Source: Negaprion brevirostris | Taxonomy: Eukaryota | Assembly: GCA_030324005.1 (NCBI GenBank) | Contig: JARDVH010000133.1 | Span: 42,275,810-42,339,809 of the forward strand | Length of the DNA stretch: 64,000 nucleotides | Direction: 5' to 3' | Shown here: positions 48,961 through 63,035 of the stretch, piece by piece | Position numbering within the stretch: position 1 is the stretch's first letter | Layout of the letters: each line of letters opens with the position of its first letter | Position numbers and translations under genes: made by a program | The notes under the pieces: model-generated | Seen by the model: the letters and a program-made list of their open reading frames with translations, nothing else | Told to the model about the DNA's origin: nothing | Databases searched by the model: none

Positions 48961-51900
48961 AGAACAATGACTCTTATATAATGGCCCAGGGTGGTATAAA
49001 ATACACTTCCATATAGTTCATTGGTTCCTATTCAAATTGTCTCTATTCCCATCTTCCTGACATCTTCTCAGGGCTGCTTGCATGTTTCAGAAAAAAATTA
49101 AAATAATGCTATTGCTACGACTTTACATTCACTTTTGGTGAAGTGTGCCATGCTAACCCAGTGTATGAATTCTTTTAGTTCAATTCCCTCCTTGTGACTC
49201 ATGCCATTTCTAAGCTTATGTTTGCCAGTTATATAAATACCAACCTGTGGAAACGTTGACCAAATACACTCAAGATTTGCCATAATTTTGTACTCACCTA
49301 ATATTTACCCCCTTAACCTTTGCTGTTCATTTTTATAAAGTATTCAGCTTTTCAAGTCTTTATAGTATAAACACTTACTCCTGACATTCCACTGAATCTT
49401 AGCTGGGTCCATCACAGCATTCCATGTTTCTTTTATAATAATGTCAGAAGTGGGTGCAACAATCCAACTGTGACCCAAACACTGACAAGTATAAATTCTA
49501 TGTTATGTCTTTGTTTTTCCAAAAATTCATTTTCCAGAATGTGGGCACCGCTGGCTGTGCCAACATTTATTGCATATCCACAGCTGCCCATCACAAAGTA
49601 GGTAATTTGATACCCTTGTATACAAAATCCAAAATTCAGTTGGCCTTTTGCACCTGCAATTAAAGACTTGCCTATCTGCACCCCTATATCTCTGTTCCCC
49701 CAATCTCTTATGGTCTCCACTAAGTCCTATTCCTTCTTCAATTATCCTCCTCTTCTTTGTGTATTTATAAAATCAACTTAAGTTTTCCTTTATTTTCTTT
49801 GTCAATATTTTTTCATACCCTCTCTGTACTTTTCTAATTTCCTTTCTAATGACACTTTACACCTTTTATATTCCTCCAGGCTTCTGCAGCATTAAATCCT
49901 CAAGTTCTGTCACAAGCTTCTCTTTTCTTCCTTTACTGTCTACTTTTAAGCTCCTCGACATCCAGGAGGCTTGGAATTCATTAACTGTAATTAGATAATT
50001 CTAAGGAGGCCTGATTAAAAGGACATGTAGTTCAATTATCAAATTCAAAAGCTGCTTTGTGGCTTACTTTAAACTTACTTTCATTAACATAACTGCCGGT
50101 TTTAAAGAATTGAACATAATAACAAAGATTAAACAATGTACAAAACTTCATTTTTATCAGAACTACTGTATTTCACAGTACATTTAAAAGAAATACTTTT
50201 GGATTGCTGTTTGAGATTGGCATCACCTTACAGGATTCCATGCAGAAACCATCACTCTTTCTAAACAAGATCAAAACTGTTACACTTTGTTAACAGTGGG
50301 TGTAAAAACAGATCATTTCTTCAATTAGTCTTGGTTCTAAGTCCCAAACATTACTGCACAAAGCATACAACAGTAAATGTATTCATGGGATCTAATAAAA
50401 TTTCAAATGAGCCATAGCATTCGTGAACACTTGCAAATGAGTGAGATTGAATGCAAGAATGAGAGAACACCAACATTGAGAGTCTGAGGTAATCGAAAAT
50501 AACAGCTGGCCCCACAGTCTTTTTCAACACCCTTCAGTTAAATTAGGAAGAAGAGCGAGAGCCAGAGAAAGATAAGTTAAGGAAGATTTTTAATATTCAA
50601 AGAGCCATCTTTAATTCCATGATTTTTCATGGAATTTAGAATGAACTTTGGGATGAGGAGGGTTCGAAAAAGTGTGAGAAAACCAAGGGGAGGTGGTGAG
50701 CCTAGATACATGGACCCTATTATTGTACTCTTATCACACAAATGAGGATCAGCTAACCAAGCTCAGATGTGGAGATGAATTGTCTAGAAAAGCATTACGC
50801 TTGTATGCATTCACTCAGTCATTCAGAACATAAGCTAAGCAAAAAAGAACAAATCATTAGCTGCTGGAAATCTGACAACTCAAATAGAAAAAGCCAGAAC
50901 CCATCAGCTGCTTGGACTACATCAGTGGAAAAGCAGTCAGTCAACATTTTACATCTGAAGACCCTCCCCTCAAGAGGGATGTTGTAGATGCACAGTACAT
51001 GCAAAGTAGGAGTGAGCCATTTTGCTCCTCGAGCCTGCTCTGCCATTTGATTAAATCATCGCTGATCTGTTTTTAAAATTTTCCTGTCTACCTCGCCTTT
51101 CCTCTGACTCTCATTATTCAAGAATCTAACAGCTTAAAAATATACAATGACTTTGCCTCCACTGTTCTCTGGGCAAGAGAATTCCAAACTAAAAACTCAG
51201 TTTTCCTCATCACCATTTTAAATGGGAGACTCTTCGTTCGTGTCCCCTAGTTCTACTCTTTCCCATGAGCAAAGAAACATCCTCTCACCAGCAACCCTGT
51301 CTAGTCCCACTCAGATCCTGTGTTCATACAATCACCCCTCATTCTTCTGAAAGCCAATGGAGAGAGGCCCTGCCTGTCCAACTTTTTCCTCATAAAATAA
51401 CTCCTTCAATCCAGGGATCGGTCAAGTAAATCTTCTAATTCAATTATACCTTTGTGTTTAAAAAGACAATGTCAGAGTGGGAGAATTGAAATGGCAAGCA
51501 CAAGAGATTCTGTTTGTGGTCTTTTGCATTATTTCCAGTAGAGTTGAATGCAAGTTTCAAGCACATCTTTCTAATCGACATGTTATAGCCTTCTGACCTT
51601 GTCATTGACTAACTGCTTCAGAACTTAGCCACTTTCTATGGAGGCTACGGGAATTAGCAGGGCAAAAAGTGCAGTTATGGGGATCGGGTCTGGGCAAAAT
51701 GCTCTGTCGGAGAGTTGGTGCAGACTCAAAGGACTGAATGGCCTCCTTCTGCACTGTATGGATTCTCGGAACTACTTGAATGATCTAGTTATCCACAATC
51801 TAATTGAATGGATGGATGTCTGCTCCTTCAGTCTTCTGGTAGCATCATTTCTGCCGTTTAATCATCTCTCATCCTCCACTCTGTGTGGTTTTTCTCCCCC

Positions 51901-52309
51901 TCCCCCACCACCCATCACATCCAATACGGCCAATCTACCTCACTGTCCACAGGGATGATCTTTTCCCCACAGATGCTGCCTGACTTGATATTTTCAGCCT
52001 TTTCAGTACCTGGAAAACAATTTAACTTCACATTTTACTAAGTAATTTGTGAACACATTAAGTTCATTGTGTTTGGATTAGAGCTGGCAGATGTGGAGCG
52101 TATGCACAAAATAGCCTATTGCTTACTTAGAGTTTCATTCACTTTGGAAAAAGACGTTTTAGGAACGGCTTAAAAATCTGTTATGCACAGCGTGGAACAG
52201 GAACAAAAGAACAGGAAACAAGTGACTGAATGACTGCTGGATATTATAATTAAAATGGATTTCTAACATGCACTACATTGTGGGACATTTCAGTATGCAC
52301 ACAAGTTAC

Positions 52310-52381
52310 CTTTCACTGGTTCTATACGCTTTGGCAAGTCCAGGGTATCAAAGTTTTTGTCAGCATCTACATTCCTTTTAC
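52310..52381 (-). CDS. ARVCF: ARVCF coding exon, 72 nt
   Basis: ttccatgtttag|GT AAA AGG...GTG AAA G|gtaact; GKRNVDADKNFDTLDLPKRIEPVK resembles human GKKDGEMDRNFDTLDLPKRTEAAK; phase 1 to 1. Confidence 0.93.
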
Positions 52382-53389
52382 CTAAACATGGAAAAGAAAA
52401 ACAAACTCAGGAAGATTGCTATCATATTGGGAAACATTCACAAGAGGCTTTAGGTATGATACATTCCATCAATAAATAAGGTTTAAAAAGCTTGCCAAAT
52501 CTTGTTTGAAATCACATTGCTGTACGAAATCTCCAGTCTTCAACTTGCCTCTTAAAACTGGAGGTTCAAAGAGTCAATCAGTCCCTTGAGCCTGTTCTGC
52601 CATTCAGTTGGGTCATGACTAATTCCACCTCAACTCAATGTACTCGCCTTTGCATCATGCACTTGAAGAACTTAACCCAACAAATGTCAAACTGTTTTTA
52701 CATGTCCAATTGACGTAGTCTCAACAGCTTAAATATTGTGACTGCAAGAGCAAATCAGGAACCAAATATTTTATAAATATGTTTACAGCACAGGTGGCCA
52801 TTCAGCCGATCACATCCACGCCAGTCAACAAAGATCTGATTACACTAATTTCCTGCAGTTAATCCATAACTCTGGAGATTATGTCAAGTAACTCATCACC
52901 TGACTCAATAAAAGACTTCCAAACATTTACAAGGCAAAAGTTTGAACTGAGGTAGAATACTGGCCTGAATTCCAACAACACTCAAGAAGCTTAACGCCGC
53001 AGAAGACAAAGCAGCCCACTTGTTTGGCATCTCAACCACCACCTTAAATATTTACTCCCTTCAACAATCGATGACAATACCCTCTACAAGATGCACTGCA
53101 GGAATTTACCAAGGCTCCTTTCATAGAACCTTACAGACAGATGACCTCGGGTATCCAGGAGAACACAACTGAGAACTCTAGCCCAGGTTTGTTTTGTGCT
53201 TTATCCCCTTTCAGGACAATATATTGTCTAAAATATAATGCCCAGTACTTCAGATGAGGTCTAAATAGAGAGAGAATTATTAAACTATAGAACTCCCATC
53301 ACTTGATGTGTCTCAGTCCCATGGGATCAAGTATGACTTGTTTTCACCAAGGTTTGATTCTGAAATGGCTATTGAAGTCCACTGCGCAA

Positions 53390-53692
53390 CCATAGAATCC
53401 CTACAGTGCAGAAGGAGGCCATTCGGCCATCAAGCGGCATCGACCACAATCCCATCCAAGCCTTATTCCCGTAGCACCACATATTTATCCTGCTAATTCC
53501 CCAACACTAGGGTCAATTAANNNNNNNNNNNNNNNNNNNNNNNNNNNNNNNNNNNNNNNNNNNNNNNNNNNNNNNNNNNNNNNNNNNNNNNNNNNNNNNN
53601 NNNNNNNNNNNNNNNNNNNNAGACAGTGACCCGAGGCCAGAATTGAACCCAGGTCCCTGGTGCTGTGAGGCAGCAATGCTAACCTGTGCCAT
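53390..53692 (-). mobile_element. V-SINE with CR1-like tail (gap inside)
   Basis: Head at 53641-53692 and tail catagaatccctacagtgcagaagg, matching 14750-15048. Confidence 0.85.
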
Positions 53693-54789
53693 CTGCAGAC
53701 TCTGCCACATATGTGATGCTTGAAAGGTTGGGAAGAGGAGTTGTTTGGAAGTTTACTGGATGTAGCAAATTGGCCTCTGCATGTGCCCAAAGTCATTCAA
53801 CATCCTTGATGCCTTATCTGATGAAACTTCGCCATTTCGGTCGGAGTTACCAGGTATATTTGACCTGATGGCATCGCAAAAGCATTTTGTTGTTCTTCGT
53901 TGAGTCTCCTGCTGTGCCTCAGTTCCAAGTGGGGCAATTGTGTTAAGAGCACAGTTGATGTTAAATACTAGGGTATTCCAAATCCCAGAAGGGAAGATGG
54001 AATGCCTACTCTGGTGTATTTTGCATTTTGGTATAATGTGAAAAAGATGCAAGAACCAATGTAGGATGTTCCAGATGATCTTATGGGGTTTTTAAAGAAA
54101 ATAAATGTTCATTAAACAATAAAACACAGACATCAACTAGAAATATACACAACCACTTTAATGGTTTTATACAATATCTTTAAATTTACCCAAAATCTCT
54201 TTACTTTCCTAAATTCAGAATTAAACCTACCCAAACAACATCCACAGGTTTAAAACTATAGGCAAAATCCAGTCACCACACCAGGCAGTTATGTCGTTTG
54301 GGAATGCTTCCGACTTGGGGTAGAACAATGGGTTTCTCAAACAGGCTTTTCTCCAAGCACAACTTGTTGGGAGTTGATGATTTCCTGCTGTAGCACGAGG
54401 TCTCAAAACAGCCATATTACAAAGTGTGAATTTGCCTTGATGTACTATTTTGCCATCTGATGTTCCCTGATCTGAACTAACCTTCTCAGAAGTCAATCTT
54501 AATTACCTTTATTTTGCACATTTGCCTTTTAGAATGGAATTGTTTAACTCACACCCCCTTCTTCTGCTTCAACTTTTTACATCTTTTACTTGTAACTCTT
54601 AACATTCTATTCTCCATTATTCCCAACTTGTCCTAGGTGTACTTCTGCTTTGTTTCTAGGCTTATCAACACATCAGTTCCACCAACCCAGCAAGGAACTG
54701 ACATGTTGACTGCAATTTCCATTTAAAAAAAAGTACCACCACCAGAACAGATTACTGGTTATTGGATTTCCTTGTCTTTCATTTTATTG

Positions 54790-55140
54790 CGATTTCTTAA
54801 CAATTGCTTCCAGAGTCTGGCGTCAGGCATATGAACAACGTGCCCTAGCCAACAGTTAAGAGTGATTAGTGCCCCAGTGCTGGGCATGTTGACTTGGGAG
54901 GGAGTGCTGCAGTTAGATTGCCTTTGTTTCCACCAGATTTGAAGATTTTGTGAAAGCTCCGGTGCTTTTGAGGTACCTGCTGTAGGTTGTGCAAGTCTCT
55001 GAAGCATATAGGATTACTGCTGTGGCCATGACCTTAGTCTTGAGTTTAAAATCCTGGTCCTCAAATACTTTTTTTTACGTCGATCAGCCTTCAAGAGATG
55101 ACTCCCATGATACAGATTAATGGTCTACATTTCCTTCAAT
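54790..55140 (-). mobile_element. RTE-clade LINE fragment
   Basis: WLGHVVHMPDARLWKQLL on the minus strand. Confidence 0.7.
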
Positions 55141-55272
55141 ACTTCAGGTTCCTATATTACCATAATATTTCTCAATTACTTCCATGAAAATTGCACCTAC
55201 TTCACATCAACAGGAAGTAAACAACAATAGAAGCAAACAGTTAGTAAAAATATATAATAGCAGCAGACTTAC

Positions 55273-55290
55273 CTTGATTAAACCACTCCT
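55273..55290 (-). CDS. ARVCF: ARVCF 18-nt microexon (EEWFNQ; p120 exon C equivalent)
   Basis: ctcttctgcaatttag|AG GAG TGG TTT AAT CAA G|gtaagt; symmetric phase 1; matches human ARVCF EEWFHQ. Confidence 0.9.
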
Positions 55291-55981
55291 CTAAATTGCA
55301 GAAGAGCAGCCAAGAAAAGTGTGGAGAAAAAACCAACAGTCAAACCAGGCATAAAAAGCAGCAAAATTTATTAAATAAATGAGAAAATACACCCTCTCTC
55401 TTTCTCTAATTTTGTCATATGCACTTGCTTTTCATTAGATCACTATAATTATATATTTTAATCAAAGCTATTCCCAACAGCACTATTGCTTTACAGATTT
55501 GCAGCCCAATTCTGAAGCCCCAAATCAAGGACAAAACACAAGTATTAAAAAAGCATTTTTGTCAGCAATTATCAAGATCTCCAGGGAATATAACACTGCC
55601 TGCCAGATAACCTATACAGCATTTGTTAAAGAAATGTTTGGCCACTGCCCATGATTGCAAGAACATAATACAGAGACAGGCAATGAGAGATAATGGAGAG
55701 GGGGGATTAGGTGGTTGGCACAGGCAGTGAACAGTTTCACGTGACCACATTTGTTTAAAAAACATGTCCTACACCGAAATATTTCAGAGGCCAAGCCAGA
55801 TGCTATATCAAGTTATTATTGCTTTGTGATCAAAAATATCTTCTAAAAACTTTTATTCTCTGCTGTAATCAAATCTTTTGAACTTAACAGCCATTTTTAT
55901 TAAAAGCATTGCAATATGAAGCTCACACTCCCACATCACAGGTTGCAACTTAAACTACACTTCCCGCCATCACATTTTTAC

Positions 55982-56153
55982 CTTTTGCCTTCTTTCCACC
56001 AAAGCAACCAGAATCATCTTTCTTCTTCTTCTGAGAATTTCCTGTTCNNNNNNNNNNNNNNNNNNNNNNNNNNNNNNNNNNNNNNNNNNNTGGCACTTCT
56101 CTATGCACTTGATAGGAGAGGTTCCTCATAATACACACACAATTCTCAACTGA
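55982..56153 (-). CDS. ARVCF: ARVCF coding exon, 172 nt (N gap 56048-56090)
   Basis: tttaatag|TCA GTT GAG...GCA AAA G|gtaaaa; SVENCVCIMRNLSYQVHREVP...TGNSQKKKKDDSGCFGGKKAK, the basic insert loop of p120-family proteins; phase 0 to 1. Confidence 0.95.
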
Positions 56154-58220
56154 CTATTAAACAAAAACAATTAAATTTCTGTAAGAAATGTAAAGCAGTA
56201 CATTTCAAGTCAATTGAGACTGCTCTATTTTCTTAATTCTTATGACTTGCAAATGAAAAAAACGTTTCCCAAGTCTTGGCTGTATTTCAATCCAGTTCCA
56301 GATGCCACAAAGCTAATACCATAACCTTCTGCACCACCCAGTTATCTTGGCATATAATGTTGCTGAATATTATGACTCTATTTCTGTGTGGTTCATAAGA
56401 CAGTACATACTACTGTGTTCTAGTAATGCCAACATAACTTATTGATGTGAAAATGAACAAACCTAGCAGCATGAGATCAAACTGTTGTACTGAAGAAAAA
56501 AACCTGGTTTGATTGAATGATTTCTGGTGATATCCCTGCAAAACAGTTCCTTTTTAATAAGAGCTTAATTGTTTAGGGCTTTCATCTGTATCTCAGCAAC
56601 TATTATCTTTCCATCCAAAATAATGTTTTGTCCTACATCTTATTTGGAGTATCTTAGCATAGACTTCCTGGCAGGCATTGCCTACACTCTTCTGTGATGA
56701 GCTTTTTGTACAAGTTTTTTTTTCCTCTTGTTGCTGGAGAAGGCAGCATTTATTAAGCCTCGAGTAATGCATGCTTCTTTGCAACTTTTGATGCACTTAA
56801 CTAATGAAATCCCTTAACAGTTGCAAAGTCAGCTGGGATTTAACTGAACATGCTACTGCTTAAACACTGAAGCTGCCACTGATAACCTATAAATGTCTCT
56901 TTTTGGACTTGCTGTTTTCTTTTGCACAGTCAACAAAGCTGCAGCTGAGTAAAATGTCAAAGTACTATGCATGCCAGAGTTCAATGACAACTTGAATTCA
57001 AATTATGTTATTGCAACCAATTAAGAGTCATTTTGAATTTTCTTGCAACTACAAATTACTTAGATAAAAGATTGAAAAATGTGTAAATTTATTCTAATAC
57101 CAGGGTTCTATTTCTACAGCAGCAAATTCCTTTCAATCCAAACTGACACTTCATTATTTCTGCAGACAGCTTTGAATTAGTTGAAGTGTACTTCATTCCC
57201 CCCACAAACTATAAATGTTTCTTAACTATCTGTCCTGTAGTGCTGAAGTTAGTGATGAATCCTGATGGACAATTCCATAGATGTTCACCATCTGATCACA
57301 CCTAAACACAGTTGGGCGACTGTTAACTGATAAAGCTTAATAGTGTTGAAAGTTGAAATTGAAAGTTGAATAGTGCGAAAGCAGAGTCAGGCTTCACTCG
57401 ATCTCTCACATTCTGAATTTCTCTGCAACTTAATTTGGTTTATTTATAATTTTCAGGAAAGGATTCAAAGAGTTCCCAAATTAAAAAATAAGCTTGAAAA
57501 CTACAAGTACAATTCCTTTTCATGGAGGCCGAAAATCTCCAATTAACTGATAAAATAGTTTCTCGCGTCAGCAATGTATCCAAGACAACAAACATTTAGT
57601 ATAACATTTTAGTAAAAGCAAATCAAACCAAACCAAATGGTCTTTCAAGCAGAAACCTGTTAACATTACAGGAAGCTCACACCTTGGAACAATTCCAGTC
57701 TACTTATACATGCAGTTAAGTTCAAGACCATAAAAGGGTTAAATCCATTTACATTAGTCAGATAAGCAAAACAATGAAACATTTGAAGGACAAGTGGAGC
57801 CAACATGCTTTAATAGATTCTGCTTACTTTAAACATTTCTGAGTGCTGGCTTTTCCATTGCATGACTTAAATTTATGTTAATATTTGTCCATTGTTTAAA
57901 GAGATAATGAAACTGGGTTACCTTCAGCCACTGAGCTCTTTTAAAGATAAGCCTGCAGAGGCTGAGGCGAGTTGTATTTATTATTGCACTACTTATTTGT
58001 TGGTTTGTGCTTTGTGAATTCAGTGATATGCAATTTCTAAAAGGTTCCCTGTTGCAATCTTGCATCACGGATGTAGAAACAATTGGCTAGCATCAGCAAT
58101 TCGAATTTTTTGCTAATTTAGATGTGGATTCAAATTTTATACACGGCTCCATGTTAACCACAACGTAACCCATGATGATGGGAGACTTGGAAACTAGAGA
58201 CAATTACGGACACAACTTAC

Positions 58221-58338
58221 CTTTCGGTCCATGTCTTTCTTGCCCACCGCTGACTGCAGTGCATGCAGGAGTGCATCTACCAAACCTTCGCATTCTCGAA
58301 GCCTTCTACGTGCATCACTTCCATCCGAACTCACATTT
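58221..58338 (-). CDS. ARVCF: ARVCF coding exon (ARM repeats), 118 nt
   Basis: ttggtag|A AAT GTG...CGA AAG|gtaagt; encodes [39 protein letters not shown], closely matching ARVCF; phase 2 to 0. No upstream exon was found in the window. Confidence 0.95.
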
Positions 58339-58439
58339 CTACCAAATAGGAAAAAAATTAGAACAAAAGCTTCTTACACGCTGCAAGGTATCCAAGGTGG
58401 GAAACAACACCAATTCTTGAACTCGTGTATTAAATACTT

Positions 58440-58920
58440 TTTAAAAAATTAACTTATGGGATTTGAGCATTGCTAGCTAGGCCAGCATTTAACGCCCGTC
58501 CCTACTGGTCCTCGACAGGGTGGTAGTGAACTGCCTTCTTGAACCACTGCAGTCCACGTGATGGAGGTACATCCACAGTGCTGTGAGGAAGTTCCAGGAT
58601 TTTGACCCAGCATAAGTGAAGGAACAGTGATATATTTCCAAGTCAGGACGGTGAATGGCTTGGAGAACTTCTCGGTGGTGGTGTTCCCATGTGTCTGCTA
58701 CCCTTGTTTTTCTAGATGGCAGCAGTCATGGGATTGGAGCTATCTCTGAAGCCTTGGGGAGTTTGTGCAGTGCATCGTGAGGACAGGACACACTGCTTCC
58801 AGTGTTCCTCTGTGGTGGAGAGGATGCATGTTTGTGGAAGGGGTATCAATCAAGTGGGCTTTATCCAGGTTGTGTCAAGCTTCGAGTCTTGTTGAACCTC
58901 ATTCAGGCAAGTGGAAAGTA
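58440..58920 (-). mobile_element. LINE 3' end (same family as 15065-15360)
   Basis: Colinear similarity, e.g. ttcttgaac...cagtcc...ttccaggattttga...ttccaagtcagga. Confidence 0.7.
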
Positions 58921-59569
58921 TTTGATACATTTGAGCAATAAGGGTAAAATAAATGATACTTTTAACCCTCATTCCATTTTTTCAATGCATGATGTAAACA
59001 ACACTATTACTACAACAGCTGAAAAATCTAAAGATTCTGGGCAAAAAATGCATAAAAACAATATATATAACTAATTCAACTTGGATTTTTAAGAAATGAA
59101 ATTCTACAGGAATATAAAAAAAGGTGAGAGAGCACAGTAAGTCTTCCCACAATTTAAAATGAATTCAAATGAATGTGGAGAATTCATTTCTGACAGCTGT
59201 GGAATTCTCTTCCCCAGAAAGCAATGGAGGCTGGGTGGTTAAATTTATTCAAGGCCAAGTTAGATAAATTTCTGATAAACAAGAGAGTCAAGGGTTATTG
59301 GGGTTGTGTTGGACAGATAGGAAAGCGGAGTGGAGATCAGCCATGATCTTGTTGAATGTCAGAACAGGCTTAATGCGCTGAAGTCACAAGACACAAGTCT
59401 TGTGTTCTAACTGAGCTCAATTCAATGGCATCTCTACTTGAGATAAGTAGAACTGACACAACTTTCTCAAAAATTCCTGTTCCAGAAGGTAGTGGTGTGA
59501 AATGGCAATATTGAGATAATGTTGCCAACTCTACTAAGAAGTTTCATCACATGATCCCTTGGTACCAAG

Positions 59570-60280
59570 TGCTCACCCTCAGTCTTGATTACCCTTGGCT
59601 TCCCATAGTTCTAGTGACCTCCCACAAATGGAAACATCCTCTCAGCATCAAGCCCCCTGGCATTTCAATAAGATCACCCCTCATTCTTCTAAACTCGAGT
59701 GGATATAGGCTCAAATGCTCAACCTTTCCTCAAAGCAGCCCCTTCATTCTAGAAATCAGCCCAGTGAACTTTCCCTCAACTGTTTTCCATGCAAATATAA
59801 TGTTCCATATGGAAGGAAACAGAATTGTACCAAGTACTCCTGGTGGATCTCTCAAATTCCCTGTACAGTGTAGAAAGACTTCTAATTCTATACTCTACCC
59901 ACCTTGCAATTAAGGCCAACATCCTGTTTGCCATCCTAATTACTTGCTATATCTGCATATTAGCTTTTTGTGATTCATGTACCAAGACATCTAGATTCTT
60001 CTGATGACCAATTTCTGCAGTTTCCCTCCATTAATTAATTCTGCTTTTCTACTGACTCTGCCAAAGTGGACAAATTCATATTTTTCCACATTTGTAGTAC
60101 CTGTCAAATTTTTGCCCACTTAAAATTCAATGGCATCTCCTATTGGAGATAGTTTTTTGAATTGTCAACTTTTGTATCAACCACAAACTTGGCTGCAATG
60201 CAATTGTTTCTTTCATCCAGGTCATTAATATAGATCATGAACAGTTAAGGCCTCAGCACCAATCCCTGAGCATTCCCATA
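59570..60280 (-). mobile_element. Decayed CR1 fragment
   Basis: Similar to 1075-1680 and 31285-32000 (ctcattcttctaaact, cttgcaattaaggccaacat, cctaattacttg). Confidence 0.7.
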
Positions 60281-63035
60281 GGTACCACTTCTCTACCTTG
60301 TCTAGCTTTCTTCTTACATCTTTAAAGAACAGGAATAAATTTGTTTCCCAAGCTTTGGTTCAGTTGAGAAAGGCGCAAAGTGTGAGTACATTCCTTCTNN
60401 NNNNNNNNNNNNNNGGCCCGTGTGTGAATAGATGTGGCTTCTAGCATCTACAAGTGAGCCATACTGCGAGCCCAAATGATACACTGAAATCTAATTTAAC
60501 ATTAATTTTTAGCAAAATCTGGGTTAAAGTCATTATACCCATTTATGAGTCTGAGGAATATACAGCAAGCAATGATCTGATCTGGGTAGCGATTATCGAC
60601 TGGATGGCTTTGATGTGCCCTTTTTCAGCATTAATTTTGCATGGTGAGTGGGTCCAGGCCCCATTTATAAGGTTACCGATACAGCCAAATCTTATAGCAT
60701 GACAGACCAGGTAGTGACTGTATCTGACGCCTCCACCACAGTCAACATGCCAGCCAATCAGCACTCTCTTTAAATGCAGTATAGATCATAGTTGCCCCAT
60801 TACTTAGCAATTTCTTTTCACTATCCCACCAGTGCAAGACAAAAAGCTTTGAGAACTTCTCTTTTTCAAAGCATACTCTAATAAACTTATCAAACACTCT
60901 TGCTCCTTCACAAAAGCCTGATTGCACAATGCTTTTCTAAATGCTCAGCTACTTGCACCTTAATAATGGATTCCTGCATCTCATCAATGACAGATGTTAG
61001 ATTAACTGGTGACATTAAATTTAGAGAGTTTTCCAATCTGCTGGGATCTTCCCAGAACATGGGAAGTTTTGGAAGATTACAATCAAGGTACACACTACCC
61101 ATGCAGCCACTTCTTTTAAGACTCTAGGATGCAAACTACTGAGTCCAGGCAACCTGTCAGCCATTAACATTCCTCATAATGGATTTTAAGTTCTTCGGAA
61201 CACACTGCTATAATAATGGATCTATATAAATATATTGACCTTGTTGAATAATTCTTGACCGTCAACCAGCTTTTTTCCCCGTCAATTTCTGATTTTTTCC
61301 TTTGGTGTCTATGATTTTCCTTCTGGGTTGCTGTAGCAACGATCAAGAAACTAAATCCTAATTCTTGGCAATACAAGGACAGGTCACAATATTAGTGAGA
61401 AAAATGCAAATAAATTCCAAAGATTTAGTGAGCTGTCATGAGGGTAGGTGAATCATAAAAATATGGCAAACCATGCTGTGATGTACTATTGAGAGGTCGC
61501 CAAATCTGATAGGAAATCTTGCAGAAACCCAATTTCATTCAGGGTAGTTGTGCTTGAATGCAATTTCTGACCTCTGCTGGGAGAGGCACTTGAGAGAAAC
61601 TCAATAAAGAGGAAGGTTCACCTGTGATCTTCACCCCAAGGGTGATACTGTCAAACTCATTAAGAATGGCAAATTATTGGGGAACAAACTGTAGCTTTGA
61701 AATTGTACTCCAGCAAGCAAAACAACAAGTTCAAGAGATTGAACTCAAAAAATTGAATAAAGTCATTACGAAATGTCAGCTAAGCAAGTTTCACCTGCAA
61801 TTAGTATTGTAACATGTGAAACATGCATAACAAAAGCTGTGGGAATGAATATTTCTTGAATAAATGTAACTTAAAATCACTTCAGTTATGAAACATAGAA
61901 AAATTGTAGATAATAACCTTTTGCCGCTTTTATCACCACCTCTGGCAATTGAGTGATGTAAAGCAATTATCTGCCAATTTACATTCAAGTACATTGAAGA
62001 AACCTGTTTTTCATTTAATGATCTACTGCAATCACTTTTAGAAAATCATCTGAAATGTCAGGCAAAAATCAGGCATGTTAACAAACGAGTTCAACACTAA
62101 AATATTCCACAATCATATTGATCTAGAATTCCTCTAAAGACTATTTCAGACAATGACATGGCTAACACAATTTTCAGGGCCTCAACTGTTTAATTCTATA
62201 AAAGGTAAACCATTATTCACCCATTCAGGCTTGATGAACTATCAGCACAATTTCATGTGGAACTTGCATTTAATGCTTGCAATAAAAACAGGAAGAGTCA
62301 GTGTTTACTGGGTAGTCATATACAAGGATGCTTGTTCACATTAAATTGGTTAAAATTCTTAGGAATGAAGCAGAAATTATGCAGTTTTACCTAGCACTTC
62401 ATGAAGATTCTAAACTAGAATGGGTACATTTCCAACCATTTGGAAATATTGCCTTATTTCAGAAACAATGGTGCACATGCACCAATGCTAGAGTGAGAAA
62501 GTTCAGCATCTTGTTTTTGGAAACTGAGTGCTCATCACAGCCTCAGTCAGAAAGCTTCTATCCTTGTCCATTTAAAGGAGTGCGCATAAACAAGGCATTT
62601 TCCAAATGAAATTATGAAGGTGAAAAGATCAGATTAATTGGGATCATCACCACAAATGTAAAAAGTTTCAACTTGATTGAAGAAAAGTAATGCCATCACT
62701 TGGGTTACTCCCCATCAAGAAACTACAAGATTTGTTAGCAAAATCACGGAAATACATAGAATCATAAACAACAGTACAGGTTGTCATCATTTGGGCCATA
62801 ACCACTGTGCTCACTCTCTGAAAGGGCATCAAACCTAATGTTTGGAACAAAGCATAACTTTAGGCTTAATGTCTATTTATTTGAGGTTTAAGAAATGTAG
62901 ACATGGTTTCAATTTAGTATTTTTGGGAGCTTGGTGCCAAGATGTCTGAAGGGCCAGACGAGTAAATCAGGTTTTCTGGATTTGTTTTTATATATACATT
63001 TCAAAGACATTCTATAGACCTTCAAATGAAGAGAT

